In this document: positions 1-9,631 of the stretch, in pieces
How the letters are laid out: each line of letters starts with the position of its first letter
How positions within the stretch are numbered: position 1 is the stretch's first letter
DNA from: Phycisphaerae bacterium
Lineage (GTDB): Bacteria > Planctomycetota > Phycisphaerae > UBA1845 > Fen-1342
NCBI GenBank assembly: GCA_050115495.1
Contig: JASFQK010000002.1
Span: forward strand, 128,001 to 192,000
Length of the DNA stretch: 64,000 nt
Direction: 5' to 3'
Position numbers and translations under genes: made by a program
The notes under the pieces: generated by a model
Seen by the model: only the letters and a program-made list of their open reading frames with translations
What the model was told of the DNA's origin: nothing
The model's database searches: none

Positions 1-2
1 CG

Positions 3-1043
3 GGGCTCAAGAGCGCCTGGCCGCGCTCACACATCACCTGGGTGACGCGCGAGGCCGGCGTACGCGTACTGACCAACCACCCCCTGATCGACCGGCTGCT
101 GCCCTTCGACGCCGAGTCCATCTGCCACATCGAGTGCGAGCAGTTTGACCTCTGCCTCAGCCTCGACAAGGAGCCCGGGCCGGCCGCACTCGCCATGCGC
201 GTGCACGCCGCCCTGCGCCGCGGCATCGGTCTCAGCCGGTTCGGCACGATCTTCCCGCTGAATCCCGAGTGCGTGCCTTACTTCCGCCTCGGTCTCAACG
301 ACGATCTGAAGTTCCGCCAGAACGACAAGAGCTACCAGCAGCTCATCTACGAAGCCGTGCGCCTGCGCTACAGCGGGCAGCGCTATCGCCTCTACGTCGG
401 CGGCGACCACCGCCGCCGGGCCCGCGAGCACTGGGCCGCCCTCGGTGTCCACGCCGACGAGACCGTCATCGGGCTCAACACCGGGGCGGGCACCGGTTTC
501 GCCAACAAGACTTGGCCGCCGGAGAAGTTCGCCCGTCTGGCCGAGGTGCTCAGCCAGCGCCACGGCTGGCGCATCGCCTTGCTCGGTGGCCCCGGCGAGG
601 TCGAGCAAAACCGCAACCTTGCCAAAGCCTGCCAGCAGCTCACCCTGCCCATGGACGGGCGGGACGTGCCGGCGGTGCTCAACGTGTGCGATCCGGTGTT
701 GTGGGAAGGGCGCGTGCCGCTGGAGCTCGAATTCGCCGCCTTGCTCGAACGCTGCCGCGTGATTGTCACCGGCGACACGATGGGCATGCACATGGCCATC
801 GCCGCCGACATCCCCTGCGTCGTGCTCTTCGGCCCGACGTGCTCGCAGGAGATCGACCTGTACGGCCGCGGCACGAAACTGTGCAGCACGATGCCGTGTT
901 CGCCGTGCTACCTGCGGGTGTGCGACAAGTGCCCGAGCTGCATGGACGAGCTGCCGCTGGACGACGCCGTCGCCGCGGTGGAGAAGTGGGCTGGCGTCCC
1001 CGCCACCCGAGCGCCGATCGAACTCACCCTGGCGCCCGTCTAG
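3..1043 (+). CDS. Glycosyltransferase family 9 (ADP-heptose:LPS heptosyltransferase-like), 5'-truncated by the window edge
   Basis: Frame is open from nt 3 (GLKSAWPRSHITWVT...). GT9 motifs KTWPPEKF, LLGGPGE and VTGDTMGMHMAIAADIPCVVLFGPT, plus a C-terminal CSPC...C cluster. Confidence 0.85.
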   Translation, partial: GLKSAWPRSHITWVTREAGVRVLTNHPLIDRLLPFDAESICHIECEQFDLCLSLDKEPGPAALAMRVHAALRRGIGLSRFGTIFPLNPECVPYFRLGLNDDLKFRQNDKSYQQLIYEAVRLRYSGQRYRLYVGGDHRRRAREHWAALGVHADETVIGLNTGAGTGFANKTWPPEKFARLAEVLSQRHGWRIALLGGPGEVEQNRNLAKACQQLTLPMDGRDVPAVLNVCDPVLWEGRVPLELEFAALLERCRVIVTGDTMGMHMAIAADIPCVVLFGPTCSQEIDLYGRGTKLCSTMPCSPCYLRVCDKCPSCMDELPLDDAVAAVEKWAGVPATRAPIELTLAPV

Positions 1044-1061
1044 CAACCCGGTGACCCTGCG

Positions 1062-1568
1062 CTACTTCAGCGGCAGCTCTCCGGTTGCCAGACCGTACAC
1101 CAGCTTGAATGCCCATCCCCCGACCAGTAGGATGATGACCCCCATGCACAGCCGGTATGGTGTCACGATCATCGCCAGCCGCATTGGCCAGCGGTTGGTC
1201 AGCAGCATGTGCAAGCCGGTCAGTGTCGCCGCGATCGTGCCCAGGGCCAGGACAAAACCCGCAGGTTGGGCGAGAAACGCCCGCCAGAGCTGCCCCCGAA
1301 CGACGTAGGCGAACGCGGTGGTCATGCCGCAGGTGGGGCAGGGGTAATGCGTGACGAGCAGCCAGCCGCACGGCGACCCGCTCAATTGCTCGTGCGTGCC
1401 GTAGCCGCGTGGATCAGGTTTCAGCCAGAGGGCCAACCCCAGCACCGCCGCCCCGATCACGAACACCAGCGCGCCGATGGCGCGGGCGGCCCACGTTTTG
1501 GTCGTCTGCTCGACCGGCTCGGCGGCCGGCTCCGTTTCGGGGCTGTCGTCTTCCCGCCTCAACGTCAC
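1062..1568 (-). CDS. DUF2752-like membrane protein
   Basis: PCG...PCPTCGMTTAF motif with about 3 TM helices; GTG start overlaps the stop of the upstream ACT gene. Confidence 0.75.
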   Translation of the reverse strand: MTLRREDDSPETEPAAEPVEQTTKTWAARAIGALVFVIGAAVLGLALWLKPDPRGYGTHEQLSGSPCGWLLVTHYPCPTCGMTTAFAYVVRGQLWRAFLAQPAGFVLALGTIAATLTGLHMLLTNRWPMRLAMIVTPYRLCMGVIILLVGGWAFKLVYGLATGELPLK

Positions 1569-2038
1569 TTTCGCCGTGTTCGGCCGGCGGTGCGGACGCC
1601 GGCGGGCTCCTGCTTGCGCCGCGGTCGCCGCTCCGAGAGAATGCTGATGGCTCGATTCAGGTCAGACACGCGGAAGACACCGAGCGATTTGCCTCGCGGG
1701 GCGCCCGCCGTGCAGTACGCATAGTTGACGTTGACGTGCCCGACGGAGAGCCGCTCGACGACGTCCGCCAGCGCCCCCGGGCGGTTCGGCAACTCGGTCA
1801 CCAGCACCTGCGTTTCGGCCGTGGGTACGTCCAGCGCCCCCAGGCTGGCCCGCGCCTGCGACGCATCCTCGACCACCATACGCAGCACGCCGTGCTCCGT
1901 CGCGTCCATCATGCTCAGGGCGGCGATGTTGACCTTGTCGTCGGCGAGCCGCTGGCACACCCGGGCCAGAATCCCGGGCTTGTTCACCAGGAACACCGAG
2001 AACTGCGTGTCACTCTTCACCCCGTCGGTTTTCGGCAT
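1565..2038 (-). CDS. Tandem ACT-domain protein
   Basis: QFSVFLVNKPGILARV and ELPNRPGALADVVERL...NVNYAY are two ACT repeats; SD AGGAG precedes the ATG at 2038. Confidence 0.85.
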   Translation of the reverse strand: MPKTDGVKSDTQFSVFLVNKPGILARVCQRLADDKVNIAALSMMDATEHGVLRMVVEDASQARASLGALDVPTAETQVLVTELPNRPGALADVVERLSVGHVNVNYAYCTAGAPRGKSLGVFRVSDLNRAISILSERRPRRKQEPAGVRTAGRTRRK

Positions 2039-2275
2039 TGTTTTGCTCCTGCCCAGAGAAGCCGGGGTCGTCGCCCCCGTGCCCGGGCCGTACGACCCAC
2101 CGTGCCCGCCAATCGCTCCAACCCGGAAAGCGCGTCGTTGATTCGCGGCAGGATGCCGGCATGCGTTGGCCACGGCCGGGCCGTGCCACTATGATCGCCT
2201 TGCCTGACATGAACCTCGGCCTCGCCGAGCGAACCGTCCCCGCCGGTCCTGACCGGAAACCCGAGACGATCCCGC

Positions 2276-4498
2276 ATGCCCACGCCCACCAGAACCTCGA
2301 CGGCCGCAACGTGGCGCAGAGCCATTCTTCAATATATCGCCGATCATCCCGACCGGCCACTGAAGACCCGGGCTCTGGCCCGTGAGTTGAACATCCCGAC
2401 TCCTGATTATAACGACTTCCACAGCCTCGTCCGCGACCTCGTCCGCGACGGCACGCTGCGCCTCGCCGGCGGCCGCGCCCTCGCCTTACCCGCCGACAGC
2501 GGGACCATCGTCGGCACCATTCACCTGCACCCGCGCGGGTTCGCTTTCCTCAGCGTGCCCGGCCAAGCCGACCTCTACATCCGCCGCGGCCACACCGGCG
2601 GCGCTCTCGACGGCGATACCGTATCCGCCAGCGTCGTTCGCCAGCGACGCGGTCGCCAGACCGTGACGCGTGCCGAGGTTCGGCGGATCATCACCCGCGC
2701 GCCGATCCGCTGGGTCGGTGTGCTCCAACGCGCCGGCCGGCGCTACGTTGTCCAGCCGCAGGGCCGCACGCCAACGCCACTCGTGCACATCGAGGATCCC
2801 ACGGCCAAGTCGGCCCGGCCGGGCGACCTGGTCGTCGTCGAGCCGCTTGAGCGCACGCTCGGCACGACGAACGTCCGCGGTGTCATCCTCGAGCGGCTCG
2901 GTCCGCCGGACGAGGCCCAGACGAAGATCCTCGGGATCATTCGTCGTTTCGGGTTGATGGAGGATTTCCCGGCGCCGGTGCGGCGTGCCGCTCAGCGTGC
3001 CGTCGCCGCTTTCGATCCGGAAGCGCCGGCCGGCCGAGAGGACCTGCGGCAGGCGCTGACCGTCACCGTCGACCCGGACGATGCTCGCGACTTCGACGAC
3101 GCCTTCTCGATTCGCACGCTCGACGATGGGCGTGTCGAGCTCGGCGTGCACATCGCCGACGTGGCCCACTTTGTCCGGACCGGCGGCCCGCTCGACGCGG
3201 AGGCGCTCCGTCGCGGTAACAGCGTCTACTTCCCCGGCCGCGTCGTGCCCATGCTTCCGGAGGTGCTCTCCAATGGCGTATGCAGCCTCCAGCCGGGCGA
3301 GCCTCGTCTGACGAAAAGCGCCTTCATTACTTATGATGCGCAGGCCCGCCCCGTCGCCACCCGGCTGGCGAACACCGTCATCCGTTCCGCCTGTCGCCTG
3401 ACCTACGACGAGGTGACAGCGATCCTCGAAGGGAAGCAGTCCACGCCGGCCCGTATCACGAAGCTCCTGTGCGAGGCCGAGGCACTGGCCCGGCGGATCC
3501 AGCAACGCCGACTCCGGCAGGGCATGATCGTTCTTTCGATGCCCGAGGTCGAGATTCGTCTCGGCAACGACGGTGAGGTCGCCGACGCTTACCCGGCGGA
3601 CCGCAGCTTCTCGCACACGATCATTGAGATGTTCATGGTCGAGGCCAACGAGGCGGTCTCTCGCTACCTGAAGGACGCCGGTCTTGCGCACCTCCGCCGA
3701 ATTCACCCGCCGCCCGAGCCATTGCCGGGCAAGTCGTTCCGACAGTTGGCGGGCGTGCTCGGCGACGACCTGCCGGCGACCATCGACCGGACCGCCATCC
3801 TGCGACTGCTCGACCGCGTCCGCGGCAAGCCCGAGGAGCCGGCGGTGCATACGCTGCTGCTGCAGTCCATGGCCCAGGCTTACTACGGCCCCGCGGACGA
3901 AGGCCACTTCGCCCTGGCCAGCGAGGATTACTGCCACTTCACGTCGCCGATTCGACGATACCCGGATCTGGTCAATCACCGTTTGCTGGATCACGCCTTG
4001 CGCGCCGGCCGACCGCGGGGTGGGCGGCGTCGAGCGCCGGTGCCGTTTACCGAGCTGGAGGAAATCGGCCGCCAGACGAGTTCAACCGAGCGTCAGGCGC
4101 AACAGGCGGAGCGCGAGGCGACGGCAGCGTTGTTGTTGGGGTTCATGGCGGACAAGGTGGGGCAGACGTTTGAGGGCGTCGTGACCGCGGTGGTCTCCGC
4201 CGGCGCGATCGTGCAGATCCAGCCGCATCTCGCAGAGGGGTTGGTGCCGGTGTCGGAGTTCGGCGACGATCGGTGGGAGCTCGACGAAGGGCGGGCGGCG
4301 TTCATCGGTCGGCGCACGCGCCGCGCGATCATGGTGGGTCAGTCGGTGCGCGTCATGGTCGCAGAGGTGGACGAGACGCGCCAGCAGATGCTGCTGGTTC
4401 CGGCGCGGGCGTCGGCGATGGGTCGCGACGTTCGGGCGTCCAGGAAGTCGCGACGCGGCCGCGGCCGGACCGTCTCGGGACGGAAGAAACGCACATAA
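2276..4498 (+). CDS. rnr: Ribonuclease R (VacB/RNB family)
   Basis: N-terminal HTH and cold-shock domains (HPRGFAF), RNB catalytic motif DPDDARDFDDA, HFTSPIRRYPD, S1 domain and basic C-terminal tail. Confidence 0.93.
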   Translation: MPTPTRTSTAATWRRAILQYIADHPDRPLKTRALARELNIPTPDYNDFHSLVRDLVRDGTLRLAGGRALALPADSGTIVGTIHLHPRGFAFLSVPGQADLYIRRGHTGGALDGDTVSASVVRQRRGRQTVTRAEVRRIITRAPIRWVGVLQRAGRRYVVQPQGRTPTPLVHIEDPTAKSARPGDLVVVEPLERTLGTTNVRGVILERLGPPDEAQTKILGIIRRFGLMEDFPAPVRRAAQRAVAAFDPEAPAGREDLRQALTVTVDPDDARDFDDAFSIRTLDDGRVELGVHIADVAHFVRTGGPLDAEALRRGNSVYFPGRVVPMLPEVLSNGVCSLQPGEPRLTKSAFITYDAQARPVATRLANTVIRSACRLTYDEVTAILEGKQSTPARITKLLCEAEALARRIQQRRLRQGMIVLSMPEVEIRLGNDGEVADAYPADRSFSHTIIEMFMVEANEAVSRYLKDAGLAHLRRIHPPPEPLPGKSFRQLAGVLGDDLPATIDRTAILRLLDRVRGKPEEPAVHTLLLQSMAQAYYGPADEGHFALASEDYCHFTSPIRRYPDLVNHRLLDHALRAGRPRGGRRRAPVPFTELEEIGRQTSSTERQAQQAEREATAALLLGFMADKVGQTFEGVVTAVVSAGAIVQIQPHLAEGLVPVSEFGDDRWELDEGRAAFIGRRTRRAIMVGQSVRVMVAEVDETRQQMLLVPARASAMGRDVRASRKSRRGRGRTVSGRKKRT

Positions 4499-4540
4499 AA
4501 AAAGAGGGCACCAGGGGCCCTAAGGCGTCCCGGTGCTCTC
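4497..4540 (-). terminator. Intrinsic terminator (minus strand)
   Basis: Stem GAGAGCACCGGG...CCTGGTGCCCTC followed by T7 on the minus strand (A-run 4497-4503 on plus). Confidence 0.75.
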
Positions 4541-4609
4541 CGGAGGGGAAAGAAGCCAGGTACTTCAGTGGACCGTTGCTGTAGCAAGGTCCGGTATTAT
4601 GTTATCCTC
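4497..4609 (-). ncRNA. Candidate small RNA of about 110 nt
   Basis: Bounded by a sigma70-like promoter (4614-4641) and a terminator. Internal hairpin at 4570-4592 and a C/U-rich tract TTCTTTCCCCTCC; no ATG/GTG after its GGAGG. Confidence 0.5.
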
Positions 4610-4613
4610 CTTA

Positions 4614-4641
4614 AATGTAGCCACGAATCTCGATTCGTCAA
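4614..4641 (-). promoter_or_regulatory. Sigma70-like promoter with overlapping palindromic operator candidate
   Basis: TTGACG-16 nt-TACATT; perfect inverted repeat ACGAATC-2 nt-GATTCGT at 4623-4638. Confidence 0.55.
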
Positions 4642-4876
4642 TAGGATCATGGCATAATCTTAAATATCTCGTCCAATAGCATCGGCCAGGATATGCGGGC
4701 CACTTTAGCAATAATTCCAAAAAGCCCGCGAAATCTCCACTTTGTCCGACTCCAGTCACGTTTTTCTCGGCACCTATTCTACGGCGGGGCCGGGTACGAG
4801 TTCACGTAACGTGCAGATCTCGACAAGCCGCTGCTACCGTGATCGCTCCCGAAGGCAGTTATCGACCCTAAGCCTG

Positions 4877-6232
4877 TCACTTTCCCACGCAGAAGCGGGC
4901 GAAAACACGGCCCAGTATTTCTTCCACTACCTCGGCGCCCTTAGGTCCGGTAAGTGTTTCAAGGGCCGAACGCAACTCCAGCGCGATGAGCTCGGGCTCC
5001 AGGTAGTTGACGTCTTTTGGGGTGATGAGCGCTCGCGCACGCTCGATTGCTCGGCCGCATTCTTGGATTTCCTCACCACCCGGCCCAAGACTGACGTCCA
5101 GCGGAGGAGTTATTGACAGGCGCCGGGCAATCGCGGTCTGAAGTGTCGGCAGACCGGCGCCGGTTGTAGCACAGATGGGCAGCGTTTCGCCGAGGTCGGC
5201 AAACGCCTGTGTCGCTGGGGCGGGGAGGTCTGTCTTGCTGGCGACGATGAGCCGCCGATCCGGGGCAGTGCGGGTCGCGGCCTGCGTTTCTCCGCTCGTC
5301 CACGGCTCGTTCTGAGCATGGACCCAGAGCACGAGGTCGGCCTGGTCGGCGGCGCGTTCGGCGGCGAGGTGCGCCGCCAGCTCCAGCTCGTCGGAACTCT
5401 GGCCGAGCCCCGCACAATCCTGGAGTACAACCGGCACACCCGATAACTCGATCTCCGCCGACAGCACGTCCCGCGTCGTGCCCAGGATCGGCGAGACGAT
5501 GGCCCGCTCGCCGCCCACGAGAGCGTTGAACAGCGTGCTCTTGCCGGCGTTGGGCAGGCCGACGAGGGCTACGTGCGGTTGGCCGAGGCGTGGCTGGATC
5601 GCCGACGGCATGCTGGCGAGCGTGGTGAGGAGCTCATCCAGCCGGCTCGCCAGCTCCGCAGGTTCTATCAGGCGAACGTCTTCCTCTTCCACGAAGTCGA
5701 TCCCGGCTTCGACCAGCGACAGCAGGTCGGCCAGGGCTTCCCGCACGTCGTCCAGCCTCCGCTCACGGCTGAGGGCGACCCCGCGGGCGGCCTGCCGGGA
5801 CGATGTGCCGGCGCCGGCGTGGATCGTGAGCAGCACGTCCTCGACCTGGGCGGCGTTGAGCTTGCCGGCCAGGTAGGCGCGGGCGGTGAACTCGCCGGGC
5901 AGGGCCCGCCGGGCACCGCGGTCGATCAGGTGGGCGGATAACTCGCGGAGCAGCGGCAGGGAGCCGACGGTGTGCAGCTCGATGAGGTCCTGGCCGGTGT
6001 AGCTGCGGGGCTGTCGGAACCAGAGGGCCGTTGCTGGCAGCGTGATCCCCGGGCTCAACGTTATCCGGCCGGTGGTCCAGGCGGGCGACGGGGGATCGGT
6101 CGGAGCGCTCAGACCGAGCGACGTGGCGTGGGCGAAGCTGTCCGGCCCGCTCAGGCGGACGATGCCGATCCGGCTGGGGAGCCAGCCGCTGGAGACGGCG
6201 ATGATGGTGTCGTCCAGAGCCGGGAACTGCAT
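4877..6232 (-). CDS. mnmE: tRNA modification GTPase MnmE/TrmE
   Basis: IGIVRLSG, PRSYTGQD, ALPGEFTARA, P-loop GLPNAGKST, GTTRD and C-terminal FCVGK. Confidence 0.92.
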   Translation of the reverse strand: MQFPALDDTIIAVSSGWLPSRIGIVRLSGPDSFAHATSLGLSAPTDPPSPAWTTGRITLSPGITLPATALWFRQPRSYTGQDLIELHTVGSLPLLRELSAHLIDRGARRALPGEFTARAYLAGKLNAAQVEDVLLTIHAGAGTSSRQAARGVALSRERRLDDVREALADLLSLVEAGIDFVEEEDVRLIEPAELASRLDELLTTLASMPSAIQPRLGQPHVALVGLPNAGKSTLFNALVGGERAIVSPILGTTRDVLSAEIELSGVPVVLQDCAGLGQSSDELELAAHLAAERAADQADLVLWVHAQNEPWTSGETQAATRTAPDRRLIVASKTDLPAPATQAFADLGETLPICATTGAGLPTLQTAIARRLSITPPLDVSLGPGGEEIQECGRAIERARALITPKDVNYLEPELIALELRSALETLTGPKGAEVVEEILGRVFARFCVGK

Positions 6233-6249
6233 GTCAGCGGCCCTCCGCG

Positions 6250-6837
6250 TCAGGGAGCGGGGGCGGACGCCGGCTGGCTCGTCGTGGCGACGTCGGCGAA
6301 GTCGAGGCGGGCCACGCGCCAGTGGTCATCGCTGTCCTTCTGGCATTCGAGGCTGATGACGGCCGGCCCAGCGGGCGACGTCGCCGGTACACGCACGAAC
6401 GCATGCTCGGTGCTGCCGACCGGGGTCACCGTGCTGATGCTGTCCAGCTTAAGGCCGTCGGCGTAGAACCCGATGAGCGGTGCCCAGCCGGAGAGATACG
6501 TTGCCAGGTGCTGCTCGGGGTCCCTCGGCTTGATGTGGAAGGCGTCCTCGTACCGCCGAAGGATTGCGTTACTGGCGACCATCGACCGCAATCGCTTTCG
6601 GCAGAGCTTGACGGCGGCGTCATCGTGGCGGTGCAGGGCGGCCCGCTCGGCCAGCAGGCAGTTGAGCACGCTACGGGCGGCGTCCTGCGGCGTGGCCAGG
6701 TTGATGTCGATCGTCGGCGCGGAGGTGGTCGTCGCCGAGTTGGCTTCGGATTTCCCGCAGGCGGGGATCAGTGGCAGGCCGACGGTGGCCAGGACGACCA
6801 AGCCCAGCGGCAGTATTCGGGCGGAGCGCGCGGTCAT
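6250..6837 (-). CDS. Hypothetical exported protein, probable lipoprotein
   Basis: Hydrophobic N-terminus ending IPAC-GK; in line between metG and mnmE with short spacings. Confidence 0.6.
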   Translation of the reverse strand: MTARSARILPLGLVVLATVGLPLIPACGKSEANSATTTSAPTIDINLATPQDAARSVLNCLLAERAALHRHDDAAVKLCRKRLRSMVASNAILRRYEDAFHIKPRDPEQHLATYLSGWAPLIGFYADGLKLDSISTVTPVGSTEHAFVRVPATSPAGPAVISLECQKDSDDHWRVARLDFADVATTSQPASAPAP

Positions 6838-6853
6838 TCGGAGAGCCTCCTCG

Positions 6854-8536
6854 TCATCCCATGCAGCCGGGCTCGAGCTTCTCGAAGAGGATCGCCGGCT
6901 CGGCCAGCGCGTGCCCGGCGGGCAGCGGGGCCGGCACTTCCCAGTGTATCTCGTCGGCGGGCTGCCCGAGCATGCCCAGCAGCCGACGGGCGGCCCCGGG
7001 CATGAACGGGTAGATCATCACGGCCAGGTGTTGCACCGCGTGGATGCAGGTGGCGATGGTGGCAGCGCAAGCCGGCAGATCTTCCTTCCGCGTTCGCCAG
7101 GGCTCTCGGAGACTGAAGTGTTCGTTGCCGAGGCGGGCGTAGCTCATCATCTCTTCGAGGGCGGCCCGGTAGCGGTGCCCCTCGATGTGCGCGCCGACGC
7201 GGGCCAGGGCCTCGCCGCCACGGGCGATATGGGCCCGGTCCTGGTCGGTCTGGGCGTCGGCGGACGGAACGCGGCCTTCGAAGTAGCGGACGGCGAAGGC
7301 CAGCGTGCGGTTGATGAAGTTGCCGAGGGCGGCGACGAGTTCGCTGTTGTTGCGCTGGACGAAATCAGCCGGGTCGAAGGCGGTGCGGGCCGTCTCCGGG
7401 GCGATGGCGGTCAGGTAGTAGCGCAGGGCGTCGGCGTCGAAACGCTTGAGGTACTCCTCGATCCAGACGGGGGAGTCCTCGGGTGTGCGGCTCTTGCTGA
7501 CCTTTTCGTCCTCGCCGCCGAGGCGGAAGTTGACGAAGTTGTTGGCAACGACCGCGTGCGGAAGCTGGTGCCGGCCGTCGGCCATGAGCATCGCCGGCCA
7601 GATCAGGGCGTGAAAGACCGTATTGTCCTCGCCGATGAAGTGCGTGATGTGCGTTTCGGGGTCGCACCACCACTTCTCGTATTCCTGCCAGTTGCCGGCG
7701 GTGTCCTCGCAGAGCTGGGCGGTGAACGAGATGTAGCCGATCGGGGCGTCGAACCAGACGAAGAGCACCTTGCCGGTAGCGTCGGGATCATCGAGCGGGA
7801 CGGGGATGCCCCACGAGATGTCGCGGGTCATGGAGCGCTCGGGCAGTCCCTGCTTGATCTGGCCGAGGGCGAAGTTCAGCACGTGTGGGCGCCACTGGCC
7901 CTGCTTCGATTCGAGCCACTCGCGCAGGGGTTGCTCGAACTTGTGCAGGCTGAGGTGCCAGTGGGTCGTTTCGCGGACGATGGCCGGCACGCCGGTGATC
8001 TGGCTGACCGGTTCGATGAGCAGCAGGGGGTCGATCATCTGCCCGCAGTTGTCGCACTGGTCGCCGGTGGCGCCGGGCGTGCGGCAGTGGTGGCAGGTGC
8101 CGCGGACATAGCGGTCGGGGAGGAAGCGCTCGGCCTGCGGGTCATAGAGCTGCTTGGTGCGGAGCTTGGTGAAGAAGCCCTGCTCGTGGATGCGGCTGAA
8201 GAATTCCTGACTGAACCGCTCGTGCATCTGCTGGTAGCCGGGCTGGTGCGTGCCGCCGTAGACGTCGAACTCGACGCGCAGGCCGGCGAAATCACGAAGC
8301 TGCCGGTCGTGAAATTCGGTGGAGATGTCCTGGGGCTGTCGCTTGGACTTCACGGCGGCGATCTCGATGGCCACGCCGTTGTCATCGCTGCCGCAGATGA
8401 AACGCACCTCGCGGCCACAGGCCCGCAGGTAGCGGACGAAAATGTCGGCCGGCAGGTACGCGCCGGCTATATGGCCGACATGCAGGCGGCCGTTTGAATA
8501 GGGCAATCCCGCCGTTACCAGATATCGACTGGGCAT
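6854..8536 (-). CDS. metG: Methionyl-tRNA synthetase (short form without the C-terminal tRNA-binding domain)
   Basis: LPYSNGRLHVGH (HIGH), CxxC...CxxC zinc knuckle, RDISWGIPVP, VWFDAPIGY and KVSKS (KMSKS). Confidence 0.95.
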   Translation of the reverse strand: MPSRYLVTAGLPYSNGRLHVGHIAGAYLPADIFVRYLRACGREVRFICGSDDNGVAIEIAAVKSKRQPQDISTEFHDRQLRDFAGLRVEFDVYGGTHQPGYQQMHERFSQEFFSRIHEQGFFTKLRTKQLYDPQAERFLPDRYVRGTCHHCRTPGATGDQCDNCGQMIDPLLLIEPVSQITGVPAIVRETTHWHLSLHKFEQPLREWLESKQGQWRPHVLNFALGQIKQGLPERSMTRDISWGIPVPLDDPDATGKVLFVWFDAPIGYISFTAQLCEDTAGNWQEYEKWWCDPETHITHFIGEDNTVFHALIWPAMLMADGRHQLPHAVVANNFVNFRLGGEDEKVSKSRTPEDSPVWIEEYLKRFDADALRYYLTAIAPETARTAFDPADFVQRNNSELVAALGNFINRTLAFAVRYFEGRVPSADAQTDQDRAHIARGGEALARVGAHIEGHRYRAALEEMMSYARLGNEHFSLREPWRTRKEDLPACAATIATCIHAVQHLAVMIYPFMPGAARRLLGMLGQPADEIHWEVPAPLPAGHALAEPAILFEKLEPGCMG

Positions 8537-8640
8537 CGCTCGCCTCACTCCTGGGGAGAAACTGCTGCGCGGATGGTACGCACCGTGGCGGCGGTCTGCA
8601 ATGCGGTCGGACCGCGAGGCCGGTCGGTGTCGTGTGCACC

Positions 8641-8695
8641 AAGAAAAAGGAGCGCGTCAATCCACTACCCGGTGGGGTCGTGGGTTCACGCGCTC
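8641..8695 (-). terminator. Long-stem intrinsic terminator, micropeptide unit 1
   Basis: GAGCGCGT...ACGCGCTC stem followed by CTTTTTCTT on the minus strand. Confidence 0.7.
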
Positions 8696-8752
8696 GGGGC
8701 AGCCGCCGGGAGGCGGCGCCCCCGCGAATTCCGGTTCGCCAGCAGGTGACTG

Positions 8753-8863
8753 CTAGGCGATGAGGTCGGTGCTACCCGACAGGTACCACCAGATGACGAC
8801 GGCGCCAACGGCGATCCAAACCCAGGACCACCATCCGCTGAAGATCGGCAATTCGTTAATCAT
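8753..8863 (-). CDS. Trp-rich transmembrane micropeptide 1 (36 aa, MINELPIFSGWWSWVWIAVGAVVIWWYLSGSTDLIA)
   Basis: SD GGAGG 6 nt before ATG; single hydrophobic helix; paralogous to peptides 2 and 3. Confidence 0.75.
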   Translation of the reverse strand: MINELPIFSGWWSWVWIAVGAVVIWWYLSGSTDLIA

Positions 8864-8977
8864 CACATTCCTCCATTGAATGCGAAGCCACTCGCCCGAG
8901 CCCGCCCACCGCAGGCGGGATCGGCGGCAGCAGGGCTCCGTGCCGCACGCGGCACCACGGTGCATCCTGCGCTAAAC

Positions 8978-9006
8978 ATGGTACGCGACGGGCGACAGCG
9001 CGCCAA
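8978..9006 (-). promoter_or_regulatory. Sigma70-like promoter, unit 1
   Basis: TTGGCG-17 nt-TACCAT followed by GTTTAG. Confidence 0.5.
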
Positions 9007-9033
9007 CGCCGCGGCGGCGGGCGGGGCCGGGTG

Positions 9034-9088
9034 AAGAAAAAAGGCACGCGCCGATTCGCCGTCAGGCGACGGCTGATCGACGCGTACC
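9034..9088 (-). terminator. Long-stem intrinsic terminator, unit 2
   Basis: GGTACGCGTCGAT...ATCGGCGCGTGCC followed by TTTTTTCTT. Confidence 0.7.
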
Positions 9089-9129
9089 GTCGGCGCCGCC
9101 GAAGCGGCGCGATGCTCGTTCGGCTGGCT

Positions 9130-9216
9130 TTACAGGAGGTTCTGCCCGGTGAGCAGGAACCACACCACCACGATGCCGCCGACAACCACGAGCCACCACC
9201 ACCAGTTGCTGAACAT
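9130..9216 (-). CDS. Trp-rich transmembrane micropeptide 2 (28 aa, MFSNWWWWLVVVGGIVVVWFLLTGQNLL)
   Basis: Translated by hand (below the ORF-track cutoff); SD GGGAG 7 nt before ATG; TAA stop. Confidence 0.75.
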   Translation of the reverse strand: MFSNWWWWLVVVGGIVVVWFLLTGQNLL

Positions 9217-9374
9217 CGAAACACTCCCTGCAATCTTGTACCACTCGCCTCGGCCCCCGCCGCGCTGACGGGGTAACACCGAGCCGCGATTCACGATGAG
9301 ATAGAACACCGGACGTGCCGGCGGAGCCGCGAACGACCCACATTCGGGCAGGCCGGCCGCCGATTCGCCAGAAA

Positions 9375-9403
9375 ATATTACCCAACCGGCAAAGAACGTG
9401 CAA
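9375..9403 (-). promoter_or_regulatory. Sigma70-like promoter, unit 2
   Basis: TTGCAC-17 nt-TAATAT. Confidence 0.5.
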
Positions 9404-9454
9404 TGGGTGGAAGGCCGGCAAGGTTACCGCCCGGGGGCGTGCCCCGCGGGGGCC

Positions 9455-9502
9455 AAAAAGGACGCGTCGAGCAATTGCCCACTGGCAGTTGATCGACGCG
9501 TC
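9455..9502 (-). terminator. Long-stem intrinsic terminator, unit 3
   Basis: Perfect 10-bp outer stem GACGCGTCGA/TCGACGCGTC followed by CTTTTT. Confidence 0.75.
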
Positions 9503-9550
9503 GGGTGTTCGCGCCGCAGGAGCGGCGCGACGCCAGGTCAGGATGCGGCA

Positions 9551-9631
9551 CTAGGCAGCGAGCAGCCAGTAGGCCACGAGGAAAATGCCGCCGAAAATCA
9601 ACCACATCCACCAGTTGCCGAAGAAATCCAT
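9551..9631 (-). CDS. Trp-rich transmembrane micropeptide 3 (26 aa, MDFFGNWWMWLIFGGIFLVAYWLLAA)
   Basis: Translated by hand; SD GGAG(AGAG) before ATG; shares F-[SG]-[NG]-W-W-x-W with peptides 1 and 2. Confidence 0.75.
   Translation of the reverse strand: MDFFGNWWMWLIFGGIFLVAYWLLAA

Noticed and set aside
4877..6232. MnmE motif variants (DCAG, SKTD) as evidence of inactivation
   Set aside because: The ORF is full length with P-loop, GTTRD and FCVGK intact; the changes look like tolerable divergence.
6473..8497. Long antisense ORFs (e.g. 6473-8497, 15617-17482, 29556-31856, 50646-52763)
   Set aside because: Shadow frames of well-supported genes in high-GC DNA, with no recognisable motifs.
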